Shown: piece by piece, positions 8,995-16,737 of the stretch
Layout of the letters: each line of letters opens with the position of its first letter
Numbering within the stretch: the stretch's first letter is position 1
Source: a virus
Lineage: Duplodnaviria > Caudoviricetes
Length of the DNA stretch: 38,126 bases
Virus record (IMG/VR): IMGVR_UViG_3300037420_000127
Location: 1 to 38,126 of that record
Reading direction: 5' to 3' (one strand)
Position numbers and translations under genes: made by a program
The notes under the pieces: generated by a model
The model's database searches: none
What the model saw: the letters and a program-made list of their open reading frames with translations, nothing else
What the model was told of the DNA's origin: nothing

Positions 8995-9198
8995 ATGACA
9001 AGCGTGTTGCACGATAAGGTTGCGATCGCATTGCGACGCGTTGATCCGGATGAATACCGCGCGATCGCTGAACGAACCGGCTTAAGTCTTAGTTGGATAC
9101 GCGCATTCGCCGCAAATCGAATTCCTAACCCGTCGGCGTCGCGGCTCGAAACCTTGTACAAAGGGATCACCGGACACGCGATCGTTATTCGCGGCTAA
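8995..9198 (+). CDS. Small helix-turn-helix DNA-binding protein (XRE/Cro-like)
   Basis: YRAIAERTGLSLSWIRAFAANRIPNPSASRLETLY is a typical XRE HTH; lies upstream of the primase. Confidence 0.8.
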   Translation: MTSVLHDKVAIALRRVDPDEYRAIAERTGLSLSWIRAFAANRIPNPSASRLETLYKGITGHAIVIRG

Positions 9199-9206
9199 AT
9201 CCAACC

Positions 9207-11648
9207 GTGTCTTTCAACAACATTCCGGACGAATTGAAGTCCTACCGCCAATGGATTGTTTGGCGGTACGAAGATCAGGGCGGCCCGAAACCGACGAAGG
9301 TTCCGTACTCGCCGAACTTCCCCGGACATGCCGCCGTCGACAAGCCGGGCAGTTGGGGCACGTTCGACGAAGCCGTTGTCAAGTTCAATATGGGCGGCGT
9401 CGACGGGATCGGCTTCGTTCTAACTGAAGCTGATCCGTTCGTGTTCGTCGACCTTGACGACACGCACGGCGACGAAGCGGCATTGCAACGACAGTTCCGC
9501 ATATTTCACGACTTCGTAACGTATGCCGAACGCTCGCCGTCCGGCAACGGACTTCATATCATCGGCAAAGCGAACTTGCCGGGCAAAGGCCGCAAGCGCG
9601 ACAAGATCGAAATATACGATCGATCGCGGTACATGACTATGACGGGCGACGTTTACCGCGCGGAAGCGATCAACGGCGTTCAGGATCAAGCCGACTTGCT
9701 ATGGCATCAAATGGGCGGTCCGGCTGCGATCCACCATTACGAAGCCGATCAGCCCCAACGTGAAGACGACAACAGCATTATCGCACGCGCTCGCGCGGCG
9801 CTGAACGGCGCGAAGTTTACAATGCTGTTCGAAGGCGATTGGCGCGGTGAATACCATGACGATTGGAGCGCAGCCGATCAAGCGCTTGTCGATATCATCG
9901 CATTCTACACGCAAAACCGCGCGCAAATCACGCGTATTTGGGGATACTCGCAACTTTCGAAGCGCGAGAAGTTTAACAAGCGCCCTGAATATATTACATG
10001 GACGATCAACAAAGCGTTCGACAAACTCTTGCCGCAAGTCGACGACGAAGGATTGCGCGTAAAGATCGACGAAATGCTTGCCGCACAAGGCGCGCACGTT
10101 GAAGAACCGACGATCCCCGGCCTTATCGTAATCACCGGAAACGAAAACGGCGACGCGCCGGAAGGACCAAGCGCGCCGCCGTTACCGTCGATGGTTAACA
10201 GCCTTGTTGAAGGGCTGGACACGCCACCGGGCAGGGACGTTCGACAGGCGATCGAACATGTCTCACAAGATATAGTGTCAGTCAACGGCCAATCGACCGT
10301 AATTCCACCGGGTTTAGTAGGTGCGGTCGCTGAATTCATATACGAAGCCGCGCCGCGTCCCGTACGCGAAATTGCGCTAGTCGGCGCGATCGGTTTCGTT
10401 GCTGGAATTGTGGGCAGGGCATTCAACGTATCCGGTACCGGCTTGAACCTTTATACGCTATGTCTCGCGCCGACTGGCACCGGCAAAGAAGCGATCAACG
10501 CGGGCATTTCGAAGATCATTACAGCGGTTCGTCCGACTACGCCGACAATTCAAGACTTCGTTGGACCGGCGGAACTGCGATCCGACGCGGCGCTGTTGAA
10601 GGCGATCGCGAAACAACCGTGCATCCTGTCCGTTACCGGCGAGTTCGGTTTGCGGCTCAAACAAATGAGTATGCCGAATGCGTCGTCTTCCGAAGTTGGA
10701 TTGAAGCGCGTCCTACTCGATTTGTACAATAAGTCAGGGCACGGCAACATTCTAAATCCGATCGCGTACAGCGACACAACGAAGAATACGCCGTCGATCA
10801 ACAGCCCGTCGTTCAGCATGATCGGCGAAACGACGCCTGAACGCTTTTACGAAGCGCTTGACGAAAACATGATCGCCGAAGGTTTGCTTCCGCGTTTCTT
10901 GACGATTGAATACAAGGGCAAGCGTCCGCCAGCATCCGACACGGCGGCTAGGGCGCAACCGTCGCTCGCGCTAATCGAAATGGTTCAGCGCATTGTCGTT
11001 CATGTCCATACGATCATGGCGAAACAAGAAATTCAAACGGTCAACTTCGATCCGTTCGCTGAACAGCTATTCAAAGACTTCGATCGCTATTGCGACGATC
11101 AAATCAACAGCGACAATTCGCGCGAAGTCGTTCGGCATATGTGGAACCGTGCCCACGTTAAGGCGATGAAACTCGCTGCCTTGGTTGCCGTTGGGATCGC
11201 GCCGTATGATCCCGTCGTCGACCGCGATTGCGCATCATGGGCAACCGATATCGTGGCACGCGACGTATTGAACATCATTGGCCGGTTCGAACGCGGCGAA
11301 GTTGGTTCAGGCATGGGCGCAAACGAACAACGCCAGCTTGACGATTGCATTCGAGTAATTGGCGAATGGATTAGATCAGACGCGAGCGTTTGCGGCAAAT
11401 ACGCAATGCCCGCGAATATGCATAGCGCCGGGATCATCCTTGGATCAGCGTTGACGCGCAAGCTGTTTCAAATGGCTTCGTTTCGCAATGATCGAATGGG
11501 CGCGACGAATGCGATCAAACGTACGCTTCAAACGTTGCTTGACGGCGACGAACTTCGCGAACTGCCGAAGGCGCAAATGGCCGATAAGTTCGGTACGACT
11601 GCAAGAGGCTTTGCAATCTCGCGCCCTGAAACGTTTCTACGTCAATAG
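9207..11648 (+). CDS. Primase-polymerase (AEP) fused to a helicase domain (DUF3987-like)
   Basis: N-terminal IPDELK...QWIVW...KVPY, VDLD, ERSPSGNGLH, IEIYDRSRYMTMTG; Walker A APTGTGKE; GLLPRF. Confidence 0.9.
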   Translation: MSFNNIPDELKSYRQWIVWRYEDQGGPKPTKVPYSPNFPGHAAVDKPGSWGTFDEAVVKFNMGGVDGIGFVLTEADPFVFVDLDDTHGDEAALQRQFRIFHDFVTYAERSPSGNGLHIIGKANLPGKGRKRDKIEIYDRSRYMTMTGDVYRAEAINGVQDQADLLWHQMGGPAAIHHYEADQPQREDDNSIIARARAALNGAKFTMLFEGDWRGEYHDDWSAADQALVDIIAFYTQNRAQITRIWGYSQLSKREKFNKRPEYITWTINKAFDKLLPQVDDEGLRVKIDEMLAAQGAHVEEPTIPGLIVITGNENGDAPEGPSAPPLPSMVNSLVEGLDTPPGRDVRQAIEHVSQDIVSVNGQSTVIPPGLVGAVAEFIYEAAPRPVREIALVGAIGFVAGIVGRAFNVSGTGLNLYTLCLAPTGTGKEAINAGISKIITAVRPTTPTIQDFVGPAELRSDAALLKAIAKQPCILSVTGEFGLRLKQMSMPNASSSEVGLKRVLLDLYNKSGHGNILNPIAYSDTTKNTPSINSPSFSMIGETTPERFYEALDENMIAEGLLPRFLTIEYKGKRPPASDTAARAQPSLALIEMVQRIVVHVHTIMAKQEIQTVNFDPFAEQLFKDFDRYCDDQINSDNSREVVRHMWNRAHVKAMKLAALVAVGIAPYDPVVDRDCASWATDIVARDVLNIIGRFERGEVGSGMGANEQRQLDDCIRVIGEWIRSDASVCGKYAMPANMHSAGIILGSALTRKLFQMASFRNDRMGATNAIKRTLQTLLDGDELRELPKAQMADKFGTTARGFAISRPETFLRQ

Positions 11649-11654
11649 CGACGA

Positions 11655-11870
11655 ATACGTTGTATAACCGTTGTATGCGGTTTTATGGGCAAAAAGTGCA
11701 GAAAACCGCCAATTGTACGCGTTGTGCGCGTTGTATGCTAAGCCCTCAAACCCTGTACGTCGGTCGCCTCTAATTCACTGATACATTTATATACAATCAT
11801 ACAATTTATATAATAACCCTTATTTTCAAGTACTTAGCTATCCAAAATATCATATAATCCCGTACAACGA
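11655..11870. repeat. Putative replication origin: inverted arrays of TTGTAT/ATACAA repeats with an AT-rich core
   Basis: (G/A)TTGTAY-like units at 11659, 11670, 11680, 11712, 11721, 11730; inverted ATACAA-like units at 11781, 11791, 11799, 11808, 11852, 11862; non-coding, directly after the primase-helicase. Confidence 0.7.
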
Positions 11871-11893
11871 ACGGTTTTCCGCGAATTTTGCTG

Positions 11894-11925
11894 TTGACAC
11901 GATCGCCGCAACCGTCGTATATGTC
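11894..11925 (+). promoter_or_regulatory. Sigma70-type early promoter
   Basis: TTGACA-17/18 nt-(G)TATATG ahead of an AAGGGGATTTGAAATG RBS. Confidence 0.65.
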
Positions 11926-11948
11926 GCACAACAGCAAGGGGATTTGAA

Positions 11949-12104
11949 ATGAACATCAAAGAAGCAACCGATCAAGTTTACAACGAAGGCTTTCAAGCTG
12001 GTCGTTCGAAGCGCGATCCTAAAAACCCTTATGACAAGGAAACTTATCCGCACTTCCATGAAGTCTGGAACAACGGTTTTGGCGACGGGCGGGCAACGAG
12101 ATAA
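11949..12104 (+). CDS. Rmf/CrpP-fold small protein (ribosome modulation factor-like)
   Basis: Below the track length cutoff. MNIKEATDQVYNEGFQAGRSKRDPKNPYDKETYPHFHEVWNNGFGDGRATR fits the G(Y/F)xAG...(C/N)PY...WxxG(W/F) pattern of RMF. Confidence 0.6.
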   Translation: MNIKEATDQVYNEGFQAGRSKRDPKNPYDKETYPHFHEVWNNGFGDGRATR

Positions 12105-12142
12105 GCCGCCGCGTCAATATTGTGGGCAAAAGGGGAAACGAA

Positions 12143-12427
12143 ATGCGGACTACTCATACGACAACCGTAACGCTGAACGGGCGCGATCGCGAACTTGAAG
12201 TAACGATCGACGTATGCGCGGCTGAACGCGACGTTGGCATAATGAACGATTATATCGACGAATGGTACATAAGCGCCGTCGACGGTATGACGAACCCTCG
12301 CATCATCGCAGCCGCAAGCCGCATGGTCGACGCTGAATATGGCGACGACGCGTTCGTTCAAAAGTTATACGACGAAGGTGCGTGCGACGTTGAACCGGAT
12401 TACGAAGACTATTACGACGAAGACTAA
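12143..12427 (+). CDS. Highly acidic small protein
   Basis: 94 aa, about 24 D/E versus 7 K/R, ends EPDYEDYYDED; AAGGGGA RBS. Confidence 0.75.
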   Translation: MRTTHTTTVTLNGRDRELEVTIDVCAAERDVGIMNDYIDEWYISAVDGMTNPRIIAAASRMVDAEYGDDAFVQKLYDEGACDVEPDYEDYYDED

Positions 12428-12457
12428 ACGGTTCGTCGCATTCGTTGAAATTACTTG

Positions 12458-12490
12458 TTGACAGCGCGTACGACGTATGCGACAACGTGT
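12458..12490 (+). promoter_or_regulatory. Sigma70-type promoter
   Basis: TGTTGACA after an AT-rich stretch, ahead of a second AAGGGGATTTGAAATG RBS. Confidence 0.55.
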
Positions 12491-12510
12491 TCATCGAAAG
12501 GGGATTTGAA

Positions 12511-12660
12511 ATGGACAGCAACACAATCGCAAAGCTGATCGGCGGGTTCGCAGTCAAGGCGGTCGCAGCCGGTTTCGCAATCTACGTCGCGGTTACGGTT
12601 GGCGAGTACGTTCATCACGTCTTCACCGCAGTAAACGTTGCAATGAACGTTGTTAAATAA
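12511..12660 (+). CDS. 49-aa membrane protein resembling a Flp/Tad pilin
   Basis: MDSNTIAKLIGGFAVKAVAAGFAIYVAVTVGEYVHHVFTAVNVAMNVVK; own promoter and RBS. The ORF is well supported; the pilin resemblance is by eye. Confidence 0.55.
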   Translation: MDSNTIAKLIGGFAVKAVAAGFAIYVAVTVGEYVHHVFTAVNVAMNVVK

Positions 12661-12671
12661 GGGGATTGAAC

Positions 12672-13184
12672 ATGACTGAAGCAAAAGACAACACGATCAA
12701 TCTGATTTACCTTGGCGCTTGCACGCTATCGAATGGCAAGCAAGGCGCGCGTTGGATTACATGCGAAGCATTCGATCAGTGCGCCGACGACAAGTCGGTT
12801 GATCCTGTCGAGTTGGTTCGTCGCGTTGCAAGCGCGTTTGGCAAGGATACGGGCAAATCGCGAACGATCGGCGCTGTCTATCAGACAACCGGCGACGTTG
12901 ACGAAAACGGCAACGTAACGTCGGCGCGTTTCGGGCAAATGAAGTTCATTGATCGCGTCGCGCATCCTGTTATTGAAGCGTTCGAAGCAATCGATTGGCA
13001 CGCTCGCGAAGTTGATCGCAACCGTCGTGCCGAAAACCTTGTCAAAGGCGATCCGCTTATTCTTCGCGATATGCAATCAACGATCGCCCGCATTCGCAAG
13101 CTTCCTATGCGCCAGCGCGTTGCAGTCGTCGACGCTATCCGTAGCGCGCTTCTTAACGAAGCGTTGAAGTCAGGACGTGATTAA
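12672..13184 (+). CDS. Hypothetical protein
   Basis: AAGGGGATTGAAC RBS; 170 aa with phage codon usage. Confidence 0.75.
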   Translation: MTEAKDNTINLIYLGACTLSNGKQGARWITCEAFDQCADDKSVDPVELVRRVASAFGKDTGKSRTIGAVYQTTGDVDENGNVTSARFGQMKFIDRVAHPVIEAFEAIDWHAREVDRNRRAENLVKGDPLILRDMQSTIARIRKLPMRQRVAVVDAIRSALLNEALKSGRD

Positions 13185-13530
13185 CATGAACAGCGATCCG
13201 CGTTGCCGCTATTGCAACATTCGCAAATCCGACGCATACAAATCGGTATCGTACTTTTGCGATCGCGCGCCCATATGGAGCGTAACTCACATGCACGAAT
13301 TTGGGGAAGGACAGAATATGCAGTTGATCGACACTAACGATCCTGAACTTCGTCGCAAGGCTGCGAAGCATTATACGCGCATGGCAAAACAAGCGCAGCG
13401 CCAAGTTAAGCGTCGTATGGCAATCGAAGCGTTCTTTCGTACGCCGCGTTTCTCGTTTAGCGACATGATCCTTGTCGCACTCACTAGCGCCGTTCTTGCA
13501 ACGGGTTGGGTTGCGTACTTCGTTCGATAG
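13177..13530 (+). CDS. Hypothetical membrane protein (start may be ATG 13318)
   Basis: Basic helix followed by a C-terminal TM segment ILVALTSAVLATGWVAYFV; GGGGAAGGA RBS precedes 13318. Confidence 0.6.
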   Translation: MINMNSDPRCRYCNIRKSDAYKSVSYFCDRAPIWSVTHMHEFGEGQNMQLIDTNDPELRRKAAKHYTRMAKQAQRQVKRRMAIEAFFRTPRFSFSDMILVALTSAVLATGWVAYFVR

Positions 13531-13589
13531 CTGGCGATCCTTGCCAGTTCGCCCCCGTTGCGGTATCCCCCTTCCGCAACGGGGGTTTC

Positions 13590-13721
13590 ATGCGTTCGAA
13601 ATGCGACGATTGCGGCGGTTGGGCTTTTGTGCCAAACGTAACGCCACTTAGGGTTTGTCCGACATGCGAAGGCACCGGACGCAAACGGGGGAAGACAAAT
13701 GGCAAAACCAAAGATCGTTGA
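13590..13721 (+). CDS. Small DnaJ-type zinc-finger peptide
   Basis: MRSKCDDCGGWAF...CPTCEGTG; its RBS lies in the 3' arm of a hairpin. Confidence 0.5.
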   Translation: MRSKCDDCGGWAFVPNVTPLRVCPTCEGTGRKRGKTNGKTKDR

Positions 13722-13920
13722 AGAAGTCGTTTCGGTTGAACAGACGATCCGCGAAAAGATCGTCGAAGCACTTGCCGCAAGCGGGCTGAACGTTCAGTTG
13801 AAGCACGCTGAAAACATCGCGCACCGGATCGAAACGCTTGTTGAAGTCGAAGTCGAAAACGCGCTTCGCCTCGCTGGCATTGAACGGCCCACAACCGACG
13901 TATCCGACGAAGCCGAGTAA
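13699..13920 (+). CDS. Hypothetical acidic helical protein (73 aa)
   Basis: GGGGAAG RBS; phage codon usage. Confidence 0.7.
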   Translation: MAKPKIVEEVVSVEQTIREKIVEALAASGLNVQLKHAENIAHRIETLVEVEVENALRLAGIERPTTDVSDEAE

Positions 13921-14060
13921 TGCTCGCGCCATACGCCGGGCACGATCGCGCCGGTAGCAAGTGCGACGTGTCAAAATGGCTCAAACCGGACGAAGGGCAT
14001 ATGACGCATAGTTCGTCGCCCTTCGTCATGTGGCTTGTGGAACGCTTGCAACGTCGCTAG
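13920..14060 (+). CDS. Possible 46-aa hypothetical protein
   Basis: TAATG coupling, MLAPYAGHDRAG...ERLQRR; contains the inverted repeat GACGAAGGGC/GCCCTTCGTC. Confidence 0.4.
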   Translation: MLAPYAGHDRAGSKCDVSKWLKPDEGHMTHSSSPFVMWLVERLQRR

Positions 14061-14096
14061 TCTGTCCTTCTCCATCGGGCATGAAGGGGACAGACA

Positions 14097-14444
14097 GTGA
14101 CAATTACGCTAGAGCGTACAGACGCCGACAAATACGAAACCAAACGCGAAGGCTTGACGCTTGACGAAGCGTTAGAAGCGGCGGTTTGGGGATATCGCGT
14201 TCGCAGTCCATCGATTGCGCCGAACGCTTACATTCATTACGAATTCAACGGCTGGCGAATTCAGTTCGTACATGACGGACGCGAAGGTTCGTCAAGCGGT
14301 TGGACGCCCGATCGCGCGCATCAAATCGCGTTGTGGTCGATCGTTCCCGACAAGGACGAAACGCCAGCGCGCGACGCTTGGGGCAAGCCGGTTCAGCAAT
14401 GGCCGGTTGCGACGAAGCGCGACAGTTGGGGAAGGCCGATCTAA
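14097..14444 (+). CDS. DUF2829 / Tad2-like protein (candidate signalling-nucleotide sponge)
   Basis: LTLDEALEAAVWGYRVRS...GWTPDRAHQIALWSIV fits the F.EAL.A...G..V.R ... W.PS..D..A.DW.IV pattern. Confidence 0.5.
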   Translation: MTITLERTDADKYETKREGLTLDEALEAAVWGYRVRSPSIAPNAYIHYEFNGWRIQFVHDGREGSSSGWTPDRAHQIALWSIVPDKDETPARDAWGKPVQQWPVATKRDSWGRPI

Positions 14445-14617
14445 TGCACGATCGCGAGAAACAACACCTTTGGACGATCTTCGCAGCCGCCGCTACAGCG
14501 CGCGGCAATCATCCCAAAGACGCGGCGATCGTTGCCGACGACATGCTGAAGGAATACGACAAGCGCTTTCCGCCTGAACCGGAAGACGAACATTACTTCG
14601 GATCGAAAGATGATTGA
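14444..14617 (+). CDS. Hypothetical protein (57 aa)
   Basis: TAATG coupling; FAAAA...AAIVADDML pattern common in phage small proteins. Confidence 0.65.
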   Translation: MHDREKQHLWTIFAAAATARGNHPKDAAIVADDMLKEYDKRFPPEPEDEHYFGSKDD

Positions 14618-14846
14618 TCCCGACGCGCCATGTCCGCCGCATTGCTGTTGCGATCAGCCGATTTGCTGCGATTGCGGCGAGCCGGTCGACCGCATGAACG
14701 GGTTTGACAGGCATTGCGAAGCGTGCGACGAAACCGACGGGCCGTTTTGCGAAGGCTGCGATTGCTGCGATGAATGCTGCAATTGTACCGAAACGGATTG
14801 CGATTGCGACGTATGCGAGGGAAGGCGCGAAAATGGAAACGATTGA
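14610..14846 (+). CDS. Metallothionein-like Cys/Asp-rich protein
   Basis: 78 aa with 19 Cys (CCC, CCxC, CxxC, CxC) and about 22 D/E; overlaps both neighbours. Confidence 0.65.
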   Translation: MIDPDAPCPPHCCCDQPICCDCGEPVDRMNGFDRHCEACDETDGPFCEGCDCCDECCNCTETDCDCDVCEGRRENGND

Positions 14847-14985
14847 CGAACAGCGACGCGAAATTGCAGCGGCGAAGAACGTACTTCGCATGACTGCCAA
14901 TCAAAAGACGTACAGCGTTCGCGCACTGTCGCTTATGACGCTTGGACGTGGCGCATTGATCGGCGCGCTTCGTCATGGCGGCTAA
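14833..14985 (+). CDS. Hypothetical protein (50 aa)
   Basis: METIDEQRREIAAAK...; GAGGGAAGG RBS. Confidence 0.55.
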   Translation: METIDEQRREIAAAKNVLRMTANQKTYSVRALSLMTLGRGALIGALRHGG

Positions 14986-15181
14986 GGACGAATACACCGC
15001 AAGCGCCGGATGCAAGCAAGTTCGGTTGAACGGCGAGCATTACGCCGACGCGGTTGATCCTGAAGCTGCGCAAGCGATCGCATACGCCATGAATAGCGTC
15101 TATCTCGCGAAGCTTGGCCGCATATGTCCGACGTGCAAATGTCTAGGCGGCGGACACGCTGTCAATTGTGCCGAGCGATGA
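14975..15181 (+). CDS. Hypothetical protein with C-terminal CxxC...H...C
   Basis: Overlapping operon arrangement; CPTCKC...GHAVNC. Confidence 0.6.
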   Translation: MAAKDEYTASAGCKQVRLNGEHYADAVDPEAAQAIAYAMNSVYLAKLGRICPTCKCLGGGHAVNCAER

Positions 15182-15360
15182 ACGATCGTAAAGCTGCCGC
15201 GTGCGACGGCAAAACCCAATACATATCGCCGAACGAAGCCCACAACCAATTGAAGCGTCGTAAGAAAGGCCGCAAAATAATTCGCAACAACCGGGGCGAA
15301 CCGTCGGTTTACAAGTGCCGTTTCTGCAAATTCTGGCATATAGGAAGACACCATTTATGA
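15178..15360 (+). CDS. Basic zinc-finger protein
   Basis: CDGKTQY...YKCRFCKFWHIG; ATGA coupling on both sides. Confidence 0.7.
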   Translation: MNDRKAAACDGKTQYISPNEAHNQLKRRKKGRKIIRNNRGEPSVYKCRFCKFWHIGRHHL

Positions 15361-15887
15361 CGCCGGATCAACTCGCACGATCGAACAGCGAACATGGGCA
15401 TCAACGCGCGTTGTTTGCATGGGCGAACATTGCGGCGCGCTACGGCTTCAAAGCGGCATGGGATGATTTGTCGTATTCGAAGCCCGGCCATGCGATGAAC
15501 ACGTACGGCGAGAATGACGAAGCGATTGAATTGTTGCGAATGCACGCGATCGCCAACGGCGGCAAGCGCGACAAGATCACCGCTGGCAAGTTGAAGGCCG
15601 AAGGCGTCAAACCCGGCGTGCCTGATATCTTCCTGCCGCTTCCTATGCCCATGCCCGGCCCGAACCGTTGGGATAAGCGTCATTGTGGGCTGTACATTGA
15701 AATGAAGCGTCCGAAAGCAACCGGCCAAACCGCCGGATCAACGTCGGACGATCAAGACAGTTGGATCGTATATTTGCGATCCGCCGGATACGCCGTAGGG
15801 GTTTACTTCGATTGGCGCGCGGCTGCTAAGGACATTCAGCAATACGTTGAAAACGTCAATGAAAACAAAGGGTTGCCGAAAAGATAA
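15357..15887 (+). CDS. VRR-NUC domain nuclease (putative resolvase)
   Basis: SEHGHQ, HAIANGGKR, KAEGVKPGVPDI, LYIEMK, Q..W...L...GY.V.V. Confidence 0.88.
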   Translation: MTPDQLARSNSEHGHQRALFAWANIAARYGFKAAWDDLSYSKPGHAMNTYGENDEAIELLRMHAIANGGKRDKITAGKLKAEGVKPGVPDIFLPLPMPMPGPNRWDKRHCGLYIEMKRPKATGQTAGSTSDDQDSWIVYLRSAGYAVGVYFDWRAAAKDIQQYVENVNENKGLPKR

Positions 15888-15980
15888 GAGTTATCCCCAA
15901 GTTTTTCTTGACGCTCGGAACCGACAAGCCTAGCGGCTGTTGTTGCCGTGTCCCGTCAATAGGGGCGGGCACTCGCAAAA

Positions 15981-16007
15981 AGGAACCGGGCACATGGGAA
16001 CTGAAAA
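15981..16007 (+). repeat. 27-nt direct repeat, copy 1 (RBS plus first codons)
   Basis: AGGAACCGGGCACATGGGAACTGAAAA, identical to 17886-17912. Confidence 0.9.
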
Positions 16008-16218
16008 CAAGGGGTTCATTGGGAGCGGCAATCGCAACAACGCGCACTACGGGGAACCCAAAGCCCGCGTACTCGAACGTAGCGCTGAAATGCGCGACGT
16101 TATCGTTGTCGGCAAGGACGCCAACGGACAGCCGCAGATTTGGTCGACGTTGGACGATCGCCAAGTCGAAAGCCTGTTCAAGACGGCTTTCCCCGCACTC
16201 GCTGAATTGACGGATTAA
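15994..16218 (+). CDS. Hypothetical protein (74 aa, starts MGTEN)
   Basis: Preceded by a TTGACG promoter-like site (15908) and a hairpin; followed by a terminator. Confidence 0.7.
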   Translation: MGTENKGFIGSGNRNNAHYGEPKARVLERSAEMRDVIVVGKDANGQPQIWSTLDDRQVESLFKTAFPALAELTD

Positions 16219-16245
16219 CCGAACGACGGTCGAACGACCGCCGGG

Positions 16246-16278
16246 GAAGCGGGTTGGCTGCGTCAACCCGCTTCTTTC
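16246..16278 (+). terminator. Probable intrinsic terminator
   Basis: GAAGCGGGTTGGC-TGC-GTCAACCCGCTTC followed by TTT. Confidence 0.55.
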
Positions 16279-16293
16279 CATTGAGGAACCGTC

Positions 16294-16722
16294 ATGTTGA
16301 TAAACGCCAACATCAACGTCAACGTTCACTTCCATTTCGGAAGCGAACAACAAGTCGAAAAGGAAATTGAAGTTATGTCCGACAAACTTGACGCCGCGAT
16401 CGCAGCCGCACAACAGAATGCGCAAGAGGAAAGCAACGAACTTGACGCAATTCTGAACTTCATTACGAACAGCGTCCCGCAAATCACGTCGGCGGCAGTT
16501 GCCGACGCACTCGCCGCGAATGGCGTCGCTGAAGATCAGGCGATTGCCGCCGTTACCGCCGCCGAACAGTCTGTTCGGACGAAGATCGACACTATCGTTC
16601 AGGCGATCCCGGCGAATGCAACGACCGTCGTTACGACCGCACCGGCTGATACGACGACTTCAGCGATCGCCGATGCTACTGCCGCCCCGGCGGATCAGGG
16701 CGGCGATCAAGTGCAGTCTTGA
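16294..16722 (+). CDS. Ala-rich acidic coiled-coil protein
   Basis: GAGGAACC RBS; N-terminal NINVNVHFHF strand, then helical A/D/Q-rich sequence. Confidence 0.7.
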   Translation: MLINANINVNVHFHFGSEQQVEKEIEVMSDKLDAAIAAAQQNAQEESNELDAILNFITNSVPQITSAAVADALAANGVAEDQAIAAVTAAEQSVRTKIDTIVQAIPANATTVVTTAPADTTTSAIADATAAPADQGGDQVQS

Positions 16723-16737
16723 CGTTCGATCGGCGAT

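Noticed and set aside
8995-9198. HTH gene as a lysogeny repressor
   Set aside because: No integrase, att site, partition genes or CI peptidase domain in the window.
11655-11870. Repeats as a mini CRISPR array
   Set aside because: Units are 6-7 nt, degenerate, inverted and without 30-40 nt unique spacers.
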